DNA of 39,189 nucleotides from Spirochaetota bacterium (GTDB lineage Bacteria; Spirochaetota; Spirochaetia; Treponematales; Breznakiellaceae): NCBI GenBank assembly GCA_023398155.1, contig JAEWSV010000338.1, positions 1 to 39,189 of the forward strand, read 5' to 3'. Shown piece by piece: positions 39,037 to 39,189 of this stretch (position 1 is its first letter; each line of letters starts with the position of its first letter). The notes under the pieces were generated by a model. It saw only the letters and a program-made list of their open reading frames with translations, ran no database searches and was not told where the DNA came from. The position numbers and the translations under genes were made by a program.

Positions 39037-39189
39037 ATTATCAATATCATTCATAAATTACACTGGTGCGGCACGGACGCCGACTATATCCGATACCATG
39101 ACGAGGAGTGGGGTCTCCCCCTCCGCGACGACAAGAAACTGTTCCCCCTCCTTATCCTGGAAGGGGCGCAAGCCGGCCTCTCTTGGCTC
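39037..39189 (+). CDS. tag: DNA-3-methyladenine glycosylase I (Tag), 5' part, runs off the right edge; start codon unclear
   Basis: HWCGTDADYIRYHDEEWGLPLRDDKKLFPLLILEGAQAGLSWL matches the conserved Tag N-terminus. There is no in-frame ATG/GTG/TTG between the TAG at 39019 and the conserved Cys codon. Confidence 0.7.
   Translation, partial: MINIIHKLHWCGTDADYIRYHDEEWGLPLRDDKKLFPLLILEGAQAGLSWL

Overview
Almost the whole window (about 140 to about 39000) is one Mu-like transposable prophage in a GC-rich bacterium. A host tag-like gene (DNA-3-methyladenine glycosylase I, from about 39037) flanks it on the right, and a partial minus-strand ORF flanks it on the left.

The phage has two divergent arms that meet at the immunity region (19.7-21.6 kb).

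Right arm, plus strand: early promoter with a palindromic operator, accessory cassettes, Ner-like regulator, Lar-like protein, DDE (MuA-like) transposase, MuB-like AAA+ ATPase, Gam, GemA/gp16-like protein, HTH proteins and a terminator. The late genes follow: M23-like endolysin, holin-like proteins, candidate unimolecular spanin, small and large terminase, Mu gp29-type portal, and a MuF head protein with an extra C-terminal HExxH domain.

Left arm, minus strand: scaffold/protease, decoration protein, lambda-E-like capsid protein, a membrane-protein moron, head-tail genes, major tail protein, chaperone with a -1 frameshift site, 1315-aa tape measure, tail-tip proteins and a 1383-aa tail fibre. 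It ends in a complete diversity-generating retroelement (VR, avd, TR, spacer, RT) and a tail-fibre-assembly-like ORF.

The strongest signals are:
- the DGR, whose TR/VR differences are strictly adenine-specific;
- three minus-strand cargo cassettes, each with a near-identical terminator plus extended -10 promoter module, lying antisense in the early leader;
- the MuF fusion to an anthrax-lethal-factor-like zincin motif pair;
- a non-canonical split of the late genes into two arms, each preceded by the same 15-nt element.

Genes are tightly packed, with many ATGA/GTGA/TAATG start-stop overlaps. All functional calls come from motif recognition by eye. No database search, HMM or folding run was possible. 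Prophage ends could not be pinned to the base.
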